Positions 36,365 through 47,800 of a stretch of DNA of 64,000 nt are shown here, piece after piece. Source of the DNA: Hydrolagus colliei (taxonomy: Eukaryota); contig CM068742.1 in NCBI GenBank assembly GCA_035084275.1, positions 66,526,001 through 66,590,000 of the forward strand, given 5' to 3'. The stretch's first letter is position 1; each line of letters starts with the position of its first letter. The notes below the pieces were generated by a model. That model had not been told where the DNA came from and did no database searches. It saw nothing but the letters and a program-made list of their open reading frames with translations. Made by a program: the position numbers and the translations under genes.

Positions 36365-37832
36365 AGGAAAAGTCCCCATTGATTAGAAGATTGAAACATA
36401 ACTCCACTATTTAAGAAGGGTGGGAGAGAAAATATGGGAAACTATACAGACCAGTTAGTCTGACATCAGTTGTAGGGAAAATTCTTGAGACCTTAATAAA
36501 AAGATGTAGTTTTGGGATACCTTGAAGACCATAAAAAGATTAGGCAGGGTCAACATGGTTTTACAAAAGGGAAGTCATGCTTGACTAATCTTTTAGAATT
36601 TTTTGAGGATGTATCCAGCAGGTTGGATAAGGGGGAACCAGTAGATGTGGTATATTTGGATTTTAGGAAGGCATTTGACAAGATGCCACACAAAGGCTGT
36701 TACTCAAGATTAAGGCCCACGGGATTAATGGGAAAAAATTAACATGGATAGAAGAATGGCTATCGGGTAGAAAGCAGAGAGTAGCGATAAACGGATCATT
36801 CTCGAATTGGCAGGATGTAACTAGTGGAGTGCCACAAGGATCAGTGCTTGGGCCTTAGCTATTTACTATTTATATCAATGATCTAGATGAGAACATTGAA
36901 TGTAATGTGTCTTAATTCGCGGATGACACTAAACTAGGTAGCAGAGTGGGCTCTGAGGATGATGCAAAAAGATTGCAACAAGATATAGCTAGGCTAGGGG
37001 GGTGGGCAAGTAGATGGCAAATTGAATTCAATGTTAGCAAGTGTGAAATTATTCACCTAGGTAGCAAGAATAAAAGAATAGATTATTTTCTAGAGGGGGA
37101 TAAGTTAGATAGTGTTAGTATTCAAAGGGATTTGGGTGTCCTTGTACACCAGTCCCCAAAATTTAGTTTGCAGGTGCAGCAAGCAATTAAGAAGGCGAAC
37201 GGCATGCTAGCGTTCATTTCAAAAGGTTTAGAGTATAAGAGTAGGGAAGTCTTGCTGCAACTGTATAGGGCTCTGGTGAGACTGCACCTTGAGTATTGTG
37301 TGCAATTTTGGGCGCCTTATTTAAAAAAGGACATACTTGCCTTAGAGGGGGTGCAGCGTAGATTCAATAGGTTAGTTCCTGGGATGAGGGGACTGACCTA
37401 TGAGGATAGGTTGAATAAACTAGGGCTGTATTCTCTGGAGTACAGAAGAATTAGGGGGGATCTTATTGAAACATATAAGATTCTTAAAGGGCTAATAAAG
37501 TAGGCACTGAGGGATTGTTTCCCCTGGTAGGAGAATCTATAACCAGGGGTCACAGTCTTAATATTAAGGGTCAGCCTTTTAGAACAGAGTTGAGGAAACA
37601 TTTCTTCACTCAGAGGGTGGTGAATTTATGGAATTCACTACCCCAGAAGGCTGCAGATGCTTGAACATTTCCAAGGCTGAGACTGATAGATTTTTGAAAA
37701 ATAGAGGGATCAGGGGATATGGGGATAGGGCAGGTAATCAAAGTTAGGTGAGAAGATCAGCCATAATCTTATTGAATGGCGGAGCAGGCTCGATGGGCCG
37801 AATGGCCTACTCCTAATTCTTATGTTCTTATG
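36365..37832 (+). mobile_element. Older CR1 LINE, 5'-truncated, RT with frameshifts and a stop
   Basis: QHGFTKGKSCLTNLLEFFE, YLDFRKAFDK, GVPQGSVLG, FADDTKL, HLEYCVQFWAP; tail TGGCCTACTCCTAATTCTTATGTTCTTATG. Confidence 0.93.
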
Positions 37833-38629
37833 CCTTAATTAATTTTGTCACCATCCTTTTCCCCATTTTGTCTACTGTACTTAATTTGCCCATTTTTAAA
37901 CAGGTTTTTAATTTTACTTTACTCTGACTTTTCCAGCCATTTTCTAAATTTAATAATGTTTTATTTCCTTCTTCATAGAATTATAGAAATTTACAGTGCA
38001 GAAGGAGGCTATTCATCCCATTGACTCTGCATCTGGTCTCAGAGCAAGCTGTTCATTCAGTCCCATTGAAGGGGCTGAACAAGTAGACATCACATCAGGC
38101 TAACACACTGGACACTTGATGAGAAAATGCAGTGATTATCCAGACTTAAAGTTAATAACAATTTACATGCAATCCTTCTTGCGATGTCCAATTGTATTTA
38201 AAGCACATCCCACTGGGTGGTGTCTATCTTGTGCCGATCGCTAAAAATAGCAATCTTTTCACCAGGTATTTTACAATGGGAAATCTATTAAAATAAAGTT
38301 GTTAAAAGTCTATTGATTTCGGTGTAAAATAGATCCCAACTTGTTATTTGTTGCTGTTAGTGATCTGGTAACAAAATGCCCTGTTCTACATTATTCTCTG
38401 TTGTATAACCTCATCAATAGGATGGATGAAATCTAGTCCAGGTGCTTGAATTGCTTGCAGCTTCCAGTGCTCGGAATGCCACTGACTGAATTCCTCAGAT
38501 CCCCTGGAGGCAGAAGCTTCACTGCTTTGTTCCTTTGACATAAAATCTGTCAGATCTAGTGAAATGGGTCAGTTTAATTATGCGAGGTCTCACACCTACA
38601 CCCATTCCCTGAAGCAATTCCTAATGTAG

Positions 38630-40617
38630 TCAAAAGAGGCTTATGATAAGTGTCAGGCTCAAAATTCAGAAGGGAACCAAGCAGAATATAGGAAGTGTAG
38701 GATAGAACTAAAAAAGGAAGTTAGAGGGGCAAAGAGACTGCATGAAAAACAATTAGCGAGTAAGATTAAGGGGAACCCTAAGGTTTTTTACCAACATATT
38801 AAGAGTAAAAGGTTGGTCAAGGAGAGGGTGGGGCCAATTAGGGACCTAGGAGGAAATCTCATTGTGGAGGCAGAGGGCATGGCTGATGTACTGAATGATT
38901 ACTTCGCCTCTGTCTTCACAAAAGAAAATGATACAGCCAATGCCATGGTATTAGAGGAGAGGGTAGGAGAAATGGATAGAATAATTATAACCAGAGAGGA
39001 AGTGCTAAAAAGGTTGACGTCGCTCAAGGTGGATAAGTCACCTGGTCCGGATGGGATGCACCCTAGGTTACTAAGTGAGGCACGGGAGCAAATAGCAGGG
39101 ACTCTGGCCACGATCTTTCAATCTTCCTTGGACACAGGGGTCGTGCCAGAGGACTGGAGGATAGCTAATGTTACTCCCTTGTATAAAAAGGGGCAGAAGG
39201 ACAAGCCTGGTAACTACAGACCAGTCAGTCTAACGTCGGTAGTGGGCAAAATTCTAGAGTCCATAATCAGGGACAAGGTAGATCTTCACTTAGAAAGATA
39301 TAGGCTAATAAAGGACAGTCAACATGGATTTGTTAAAGGCAAATCTTGCCTTACAAATCTGATAGAATTTTTTGATGAGGTAACGGAATGGGTGGATAAT
39401 GGTAGCGCAGTTGATGTAGTTTACATGGACTTTCAAAAGGCATTTGACAAAGTGCCACATGAGAGACTTATTAAGAAATTAAAGGCCCATGGCGTAAAAG
39501 GGACAGTGGCAGCGTGGATCCACAACTGGCTGCGAGACAGAAAGCAGAGAGTTGTAGTGAGCGGCTGTTTTTCAGATTGGAGGGAAGTGAGCAGTGGTGT
39601 GCCACAGGGATCGGTTTTGGGACCATTGCTGTTTGTAATCTACATCAATGATCTGGACTTGGGTGTACGGAGTACAGTTTCCAAGTTTGCAGATGACACT
39701 AAGTTAGGGAGAATAGTAAACAGTGAGGAGGATAGTAGCCATCTGCAAGAGGATATAGACAAATTGGTAAAGTGGGCAGACACATGGCAGATGAAGTTTA
39801 ATGCAGAGAAGTGTGAGGTGATGCATTTTGGGAGAAGAAATGAAGGGAGGCAATATAGGCTAGATAGTACAATTTTAAATGGTGTGAAGGAACAGAGAGA
39901 CCTGGGGATTTGTGTTAGTGACTCGTTGAAGGTGGCAGGACAGGTAGACAAGGCTGTTAAGAAGGCATATGGGATACTAGGCTTTATAAATAGGGGTATA
40001 GAGTACAAAAGTCAGGAAGTGCTGACTAACCTCTATAGGACTTTGGTGAGGCCTCAGCTGGAATACTGTGTTCAATTCTGGTCACCACACTACAGAAAGG
40101 ATGTGAAGGCATTGGAAAGGGTACAACGAAGATTTACTAGGATGGTGCCAGGATTGAGGGACTTCAGCTATGAGGAGAGGCTAGATAGGCTAGGGTTATT
40201 CTCTCTGGAGCAGAGAAGATTGAGGGGAGACCTAATAGAGGTTTATAAGATCATGAGGGGTTTCGACAGGGCAAATAGAGAAAAACTATTTCCACTCGTG
40301 GGTGAATCTGTGACTCGTGGTCACAGATTTAAAATAGTTTCAAGGCGCAGTAGAGGGGAGCTGAGGAGAAATTTTTTCACTCAGCGAGTTGTTCGAATCT
40401 GGAATGCATTGCCTGAAAAGGTGGTGGAGGCTGATTCGATAACAACTTTTAAAAGGGAATTAGATCTTTATTTAGGAAGAACGGGTCTATTAGGCTATGG
40501 GGAGCGGGCAGGGCAATGGGATTGAATCGCTCTTTTCAAAGAGCCGGCACAGACTAGATGGGCCGAATGGCCTCCTTTTGTGCCGTAAAATTCTATGATT
40601 CTATGATTCTATGATTC
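38630..40617 (+). mobile_element. Young CR1 LINE, 5'-truncated, uninterrupted RT frame
   Basis: Open frame from about 38631 to 40525: KSPGPDG, NYRPVSLTS, QHGF, DFQKAFDKV, GVPQGSVLGP, FADDTKL; 3' (TTCTATGA)n tail. Confidence 0.96.
38813..40525 (+). CDS. CR1 ORF2 reverse transcriptase domain (truncated; no endonuclease)
   Basis: 570-aa ORF with complete non-LTR RT motifs. Confidence 0.85.
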   Translation: MVKERVGPIRDLGGNLIVEAEGMADVLNDYFASVFTKENDTANAMVLEERVGEMDRIIITREEVLKRLTSLKVDKSPGPDGMHPRLLSEAREQIAGTLATIFQSSLDTGVVPEDWRIANVTPLYKKGQKDKPGNYRPVSLTSVVGKILESIIRDKVDLHLERYRLIKDSQHGFVKGKSCLTNLIEFFDEVTEWVDNGSAVDVVYMDFQKAFDKVPHERLIKKLKAHGVKGTVAAWIHNWLRDRKQRVVVSGCFSDWREVSSGVPQGSVLGPLLFVIYINDLDLGVRSTVSKFADDTKLGRIVNSEEDSSHLQEDIDKLVKWADTWQMKFNAEKCEVMHFGRRNEGRQYRLDSTILNGVKEQRDLGICVSDSLKVAGQVDKAVKKAYGILGFINRGIEYKSQEVLTNLYRTLVRPQLEYCVQFWSPHYRKDVKALERVQRRFTRMVPGLRDFSYEERLDRLGLFSLEQRRLRGDLIEVYKIMRGFDRANREKLFPLVGESVTRGHRFKIVSRRSRGELRRNFFTQRVVRIWNALPEKVVEADSITTFKRELDLYLGRTGLLGYGERAGQWD

Positions 40618-41337
40618 ATGGAAATGCGCACCAGATCCTCAAACCTTGGCAGGTTTCTTCAGTGAAAGGATGCACTTGCATTTCTTAGCACCTCAGATGT
40701 CGAAACAACCATGAAAACCAATGTAGAAACTGTTCAGAAGGGTTTTGAAAGCAGCAAGGGAGTGTGCGAGGTGAAGCAATTTAAGAAGAGAGATTCAGAG
40801 TGCGGGTAATTAGCAGAAAGCTCACTCACTAATAGTTGGTCAGAGGAAGGGGATGTGAGTTAGCAGAGTGGAGTGCATGGAAAGGTGAGTGCTACAGGAG
40901 TTCACTGAAGTAGGGTTGGGCAATACTTTCAATGTATTTGAAAGTTAGAAATGAAGATCTTGAAATCTACGGAAATAGGGAATCGGTGGGGCCTGGTGAG
41001 GAAAGAGACAAAGGACTTGCATGCTTAGTAATGGAAAAAGTACAGGCTGTGGAGTTCTGCATAAACTAGAGCTAGGAAGGTCAGCAAGAATGGCTTTGGA
41101 GAAATCCCAAATTAATGTGATAAGGGCATGGAAGCGGTCTTTGGCTAGGGTTAAACTCAGTTGATGTTACAGAGGTGGAGCAAAGTCAAGACTTAGTCAA
41201 AGACCAGATGAAAGGCTAAGGAGAGCTGAAGATCAAAGCAAGCATCAAGGTGGGATGAGGAGTTGGGAAGCTGCCATGCAGTGCCGAGCAGAAAGGCTTC
41301 AGGTTTGTCGACATTCAGTTGAATGTCTATCACTTAC

Positions 41338-41889
41338 TTTCACAGATTTTTCGTACCAGATTTATTTCAGAATGTTTAAAATCCTCATAGGACCACAACA
41401 AAATCATGGACTTTGGGTTTCCTGCAATTCTAAGCAGAGGGGTTGTTTGAGCATCTCCCACTCCCACTGCTATTATTGTGATACCATTTTGTCTCAAGTG
41501 TTCAGCAGTGGCCAAGACGTTATTTGTGCTCTGACCATCTGTGATTAACACAACAACCTTCTGAACTCCTGGTCTCACTCCCCTCTGGACACTCAGAGTA
41601 TCTTCCAAGATATATTGTAGAGCCTTCCCGGTGAGAGCATTCCCATCCAGGAATGGAGCTGAGTTGATCGTTCTTATCATTTTTCCTTCACTGTCAAAGG
41701 TATCCAAGTTAAAGAGGGTTCGGGGTTTGCCACTGTAGATCACCATGCCAACCTGCGTGAGGTCTCTGTCAATATCAAAATGCGATATCACATTCCTCAC
41801 AAAGCCTTTTATGTAGCGGAAATTCCGTCTTCCAACATTGTTCGAAGCATCCACAGCAAATACCAAATCCAAAGACTTGGAAAAGCATC
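41338..41889 (-). CDS. VWA2: VWA2-like exon, third VWA domain
   Basis: CFSKSLDLVFAVDASNNVG..TQVGMVIYS..VVVLITDG..LVRKICE; 552 bp; donor A|gtaagt. Confidence 0.94.
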
Positions 41890-44800
41890 CTGTTTAATAG
41901 TAAAAAAAAAGACTGATTAATGAATTGGTGCTATAATGCACACTGGCTAAGTTATATAAAGTAAACATAGTGTTCTGTTGGGGATGCTGTGTGTTGCAGG
42001 AATTAATTCGCCTAGACATTTTGTCTGTAAATCCCACAAACTGCAGTTTAGATCTGTTGCAAACAAATTAGATTTTTTTTTAACAGGAAAAAATGCTTCT
42101 AGGGCACATAATTGTTAACCATTTAAGAGCTAAAGTAAGGTTTGCCAAGTAGAAATAAAACCTGAAGCAAAATCAGGTGGAGTCTTGTAGCTCAGTGGTT
42201 AGAGCGCTCGCCTCAAAAGTGGTTTGATTCCTGAGAGGGTGAAACCTTGGGCAAGATTTCTTACTCTGCACGTCTGATAATAATCCCTCAAGAAAAAAAT
42301 AATAATAAATTGTTCACTTCAATTCATGACTGTTTGTGGGATACTGCTGTGTGTAATTGGCTGCTGTGTTTCACCCCCAAATATACAGTTAATTCACTTT
42401 GCAGTATATACTGTGAAGCACTTTAAAACATCTAGCAGATGTGAAAAGCACTATATAAAATTTAAGGATTATATTATATCATATTATACCATCTTCTGAA
42501 AGCCTGTTAACAGAATAATCATACTTATCCAGCAAAGAATAAGCATTATCAATCTCACATTAGGGATTTATCCTCAAGAGCAAGATACTCAAAATTAAAC
42601 CAAAAACTTACCAGGTGTGTTTAATCCACATATTTTGTTCCTCAGCTGTAAAACCTTAGTGTGCAGCTCATGAGCTTTGTTAAAGGTGAAGGCCAGCTCT
42701 GTGTCTCCAGCTATGTGGGTCAGTTCATTTATCATACTGCTTATCCCAACAGAGAGAATCAATATTTCCCTCTCTTTGGCATACTGTGCTGGGAAGATCA
42801 AAGAGTCACGTGATTTAGAATTGGACAGCACAACAAGAACATGGGGAACACTGTTTCTGGAGCCGTCAGTGGTCTTGAAGCCGTATTCAGCAACATATTG
42901 CAAAGCTCTTCCTGTAAAGGTGTTGCCTCCTTTGAAGCGAATCCAATCGATTGCTTTCATCAAGTCACTGAAGCTGCTGTACTGTCCCATTCCAATCTCC
43001 ATACGAACACTGTCACTGTATTGCGCAAACCCCACTGAGACCATGGCCGATAAAGCTATGATAGACTGAAGAAGGCGTTTAACAAAACCTTTTGCCTGAA
43101 GGAATCCTTCGAGGCCCATATTCCACGATCCATCCACCAAAAAGAGCAGATCAACAGTACAGTCCGTAATGACAGTGGGTACTGCATTTGGCACATAAAT
43201 ACACAGGTTAATAAGGTCAAGTCAATGCTACACTCTTTACAATGGCACATTCCACTGAATCAATTGTTTTATTTAAATACTTACTCAGGTATTTGTTTCC
43301 AGCTGTGTGATGAAACAAGGATATATCATTAGTGAAATAAAGTGTTTCATGCATCTTATACTACTGCTCTTCAACATGAAGATAAACTCAGTCCACTAAC
43401 GATGTGTAACAAATACACATCCACTTACATTTTTCACTGCAAATCTAAAGCATGTCCCACACACCACATCAAGAAACATTTCTTACATGTGGCATACATT
43501 ACACATTCCAATGTGAATGTAAGCCATTTACAATATCCAAAGGTACACATTATAGATATACAACAACAGCAACAAATTACACTTGTGTAGCACCCTTCAC
43601 AAAGGAAAGATGCAAAAAATATTTTTGTGGCGTCCTGTAGCTCAGTGGTTAGAACACTTGCCTTACAAGTGTGAGACCTGTGTTTGAATCCAGGCAGATC
43701 AGGGCGAAACCTTGGGCAATTTTCCTTACTCCACATGCCTAATAATAATATTATATAATCCCTCAAAAAAACACAACAATAAAATTTGATAATTTCAATC
43801 CACGACTATTGTGGGCCATTGCTGTGCACAATTTACTGCCACATTTCGCCCACAAATATACAGTCAATTCGCTTTACAGTATATTCTGTGAAGCACTTTG
43901 AGACATCTGGAAGATGTGAAAAGCGCTATATCAAATGCAAGGATTATTATTATTATTATTATTATGCCCCAGGGCACTGGACAGTCAGGGTTTTATGGAC
44001 CTGGGTTGGGGACGGGTGGGGTGGAGGCCCAGGAGTGTTGGAGGTCAGAGGGTGCCTAAAGGCGCGGTCAAAGAGGAAGGTCTTGTAGTGTGGGAGTGAG
44101 ACGATGGGATTGCGGGCTAGAGTTCTACAGTATATGGGCAGAGTTTGTGGAGCTCCTGTGGCTCAGTAGTTAGAGCACTTGTCTTGCAAGCTGGGGAGAC
44201 CAAGCTGGGGAGACCAAGCTGGGGAGACCTGTGTTCGAATCCAGGCAGGTCAGGGCGAAATCTTGGGCAAGTTTCCTTACTCCACACGCCTAATAATAAT
44301 CCCTCCAAAAAGAAACACAATAATAAAAATTGGTCATTTCAATCCACGACTGTCTGTGGGACACTGCTGTGCGCAATTGGCTGCCATGATTCACCCACAA
44401 ATATATACAGTCAATTAACTTTACAGTTTATTCTGTGAAGCGCTTTGGGACATTGATAAGATGTGAAAAGGGCTATATCAAGTGCAAGGATTATATATAC
44501 AGATGATGAATGCCCGATCACCAATGATCTAAATTATAACCTACATAACTGTAATGTCACCACAGCATAACTGTGTGAAATAATAACAATAACATTCTTC
44601 TATTTGATATAGCATCTTTCATGTCAGGAGGATGTCTCAAACTGCTCCACAACGTATTCTGTAATGTGTAGAGACCATACATTTGAAGACAGAACCTAAT
44701 TCGTCCAGAGCAATGACCCAGAAACAGCCTTGAATGACTCTTATTATGGTGGATTGCTGGCAAGGAGACTGGGAGAAACATCCTTCTCTTTTTGCATCAT

Positions 44801-47800
44801 GCCATGAAATCTTTATGAGCATCTGGACAGGCAGACAGGACCTCATCGAAAGGATGCCCACATCAGCAGCATTGCACTAGAGCGTCAGTCTCGACTTGAT
44901 GAGTTCAAAGTCCTGGCTTCAACCAATGCCCTTCTGAGTCAGAGGCAAGGGTGCTAACAGGCTGGCAACTATATGGAATGATATGGCAATATAAAAATAA
45001 GATTCAACATCAAGCATCATTTAAACCACAAGCGATAACCCTAACCCAAATTACTTGGGATTTAGTGAGTATTCTTGACAGCCACAAATTGAGTTATGTC
45101 TGTCTTAATAACACATGCTGAATCCTGTTGCGTAATAGTTAGCCTTGCAAGCGAGAGGTCCCGAGTTTGATTCCCAGGCAGGATGATACGTTGGACAAGT
45201 TTCCTTATTCTACATGCCTTTTTTTCTTAACAGTAAGTAAGAACCCGGTTGTTAGTCATTTGCTGGACAGCTTTTCCGGTGGTAATAATCTCTCCAAATA
45301 ATAAAATAATAATAATTTGGTCATTCAATCCCTGACTGTTTGTGGGACACTGCTGAGTGCAACTCACTGGCTGCCGTGTTTCACACGCAAAAATACAGTC
45401 AATTAATTCACTTCACAGTATATTCTGTGAAGTGCTTTAAGACATTTCCAAGAAATGATTTTTATTTATTATTGCAACAAATACACACCAAATACACATT
45501 GCAACAAAGGCCCAGTAAAGAATCTCATTGCAGGTTTTCTGCCATTTGTGTAGTTAGACCAATATTTCAAAATATTTAGAGAAACCTCATGATGAAATGC
45601 TGACGTGAGTGAGAAGGGAATACAGAGATACGGGAGAGGAGATTAAGAGAGATGTAGGCTCACTTGGAGTACAGTATAAACACAGGCATGGACTAGTTAG
45701 GTAAAATGTTTCTGTGCTGTAATGTTTTAGTAATTTTATGTCAATCCACAACTGGTTAGTAATCAGGATTCTGACTTATCTTGACATTGCTGGGAACGCT
45801 CAGCACAGTAGGCTGCATCTATGGAGTGGAAAATGAGTTAACATTTCAGGTTGATCATAGACCTACAATGTTAAGTCCTTTTCCTCTCTCCATAGATGCT
45901 GCCTGACCTGCTGTGTTTTCCCAGTGACTTCTTTTTTATTTCAGATTTCCAGCGTTTTCTTTCTGTCTTATCCTTCTGAGTTCAACTTCAATTGAAATTA
46001 ACCAAGTGGAAGCCAGGTGTACTGTGTCATTCTGAGTGAGGGAAACATTGAGAACGCATAGACATATTGAAAACAGACTTACCACAGTTTTTATCTCCCC
46101 CATACCCAAGGGGACACAAGCAGCTGTATTCTTCTACCGTCTCCATGACACAGGTGCCACCATTCAGACAAGGACCTGAATCACAGGGATCTGCAATAGC
46201 AAACACAACCAAAATCGTGTTGTCATATACTGAATGTGGAACTATTGAGACAGGAAAGACAATCACTTTTACCCTCTCATCACAAATAATATCCAAATAT
46301 TTGCTGACCTCAGATCAGTATTAATTTTGGGGCGGTAATGAAGTGTCTTTGTTAACCTGGTTTGTATTATTTCTTCGTCTAAGTTCAATCCAAATTTGAA
46401 TTTATTGTCCTATTTTCTTATCGTTTGTGGGATGCTTTTGCATGGATTAACTGTTTATTATCTACAATACTAACTCACTTCCGCAAAGCAATTCAAGACA
46501 CTTTTTTTTACAGGAAAGCAACTGTATGAATATAACTTATTATTTCTTTCTTGCTTCTTGTGTTTTGTTCTTTTTGTCTGTTTATCTCTACTGTTTAGAA
46601 TTTCAAACTCTTGTCTCTGAAAGACTAAGTGCAGAGAGTTTCCATTTCAGACTGTGGAGAAACACCTTGCCTCCCAGTTGGACCACTCCCATGGTTTTCC
46701 AGCCGAGATTAGTAAATCAAAGGTGAGGTTCAAATTGCACCATGTTAGCAACATAGTGAATCCAACTTAATATCTGTTTGATACCTGCTCCTTACCGTGA
46801 GGAAAAGTCATACAGAGTGATAGTGAAGTTGAAGAAGGCAGTAATAACACCAGATTATATTTATACAGTACGTTTCTGTCAGAAGGATGTTCTAAGGCGA
46901 TTCTATAGTAAGGTATATACTGTATTGCAAGATACTGTATTGCAAGATTAGGTCAGAAGATCAGCCATGATCTTATTAACTCTTGGCAGGCTCGAGGGGC
47001 TGAATGGCCTACTCCTGCTCCTAATTCTTATGTTCTTATTCAGATAATCGATATGCACACCTGCCTCCACGAAGCAAATGACCTTGCAACGCTACTCGAA
47101 AAGCCAAGGGAATGTCTCTCCCGCTGTCCTGGCCGACAGTGCCCCCCCACTCCCTCAATCTCACCGCCTTGACCTCTCCCTCACTCCCCACATATAAATC
47201 CCTCCTAAAGACCTTCCTATTTGATTGTGCTTATGGTCACCATCCTCCCTCCCTCTTTCCCAATTCTCCTGGCTGGTGTCAGACTCCAGGACACTACTCA
47301 GCTCGAAGGGTGCAATATAAATTACAAATTGTTGTAAAGTAGAACCCCACAGTCACCTCTCGGCTGTTCGTGGGGGCACAGCTGGACTGCCTTGCTGCCC
47401 TACAACATGATGCACAGTCACTCCACTTTACTGTCAAATCCCACCAAGCACTTTGAGAGAAGTTTCTGATGTGAAAAGTCCTCTATCAGGCATCTATATG
47501 TACATGTATAAACAACAACTTGTATTTATGTATATACGTACAGGGTGACAAAACAGTTGTGATACCATCACAATGTCTAATAAACCTTAAACAACAACAA
47601 AATTACATTTGTATAGCGCCTTTCATGTTCGGGATGATATCCCAAGGTGCTGGGGACGTCCCAAGGTGCCTTTAAAGAAATTATGAAAAACATTTTAGAT
47701 AATAAGGTAGTTATCTTGACTTTTTTGGTCTCCCTGTATTTTAGCATTTTGTTATCAATAAAATAAATATATCAATGTGTGTGTATCTATATATATATAT

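Noticed and set aside
38813-40525. Reverse transcriptase as part of a retron, DGR or other novel RT system
   Set aside because: Sequence and (TTCTATGA)n tail are typical CR1 ORF2; it is 5'-truncated with a sibling copy nearby
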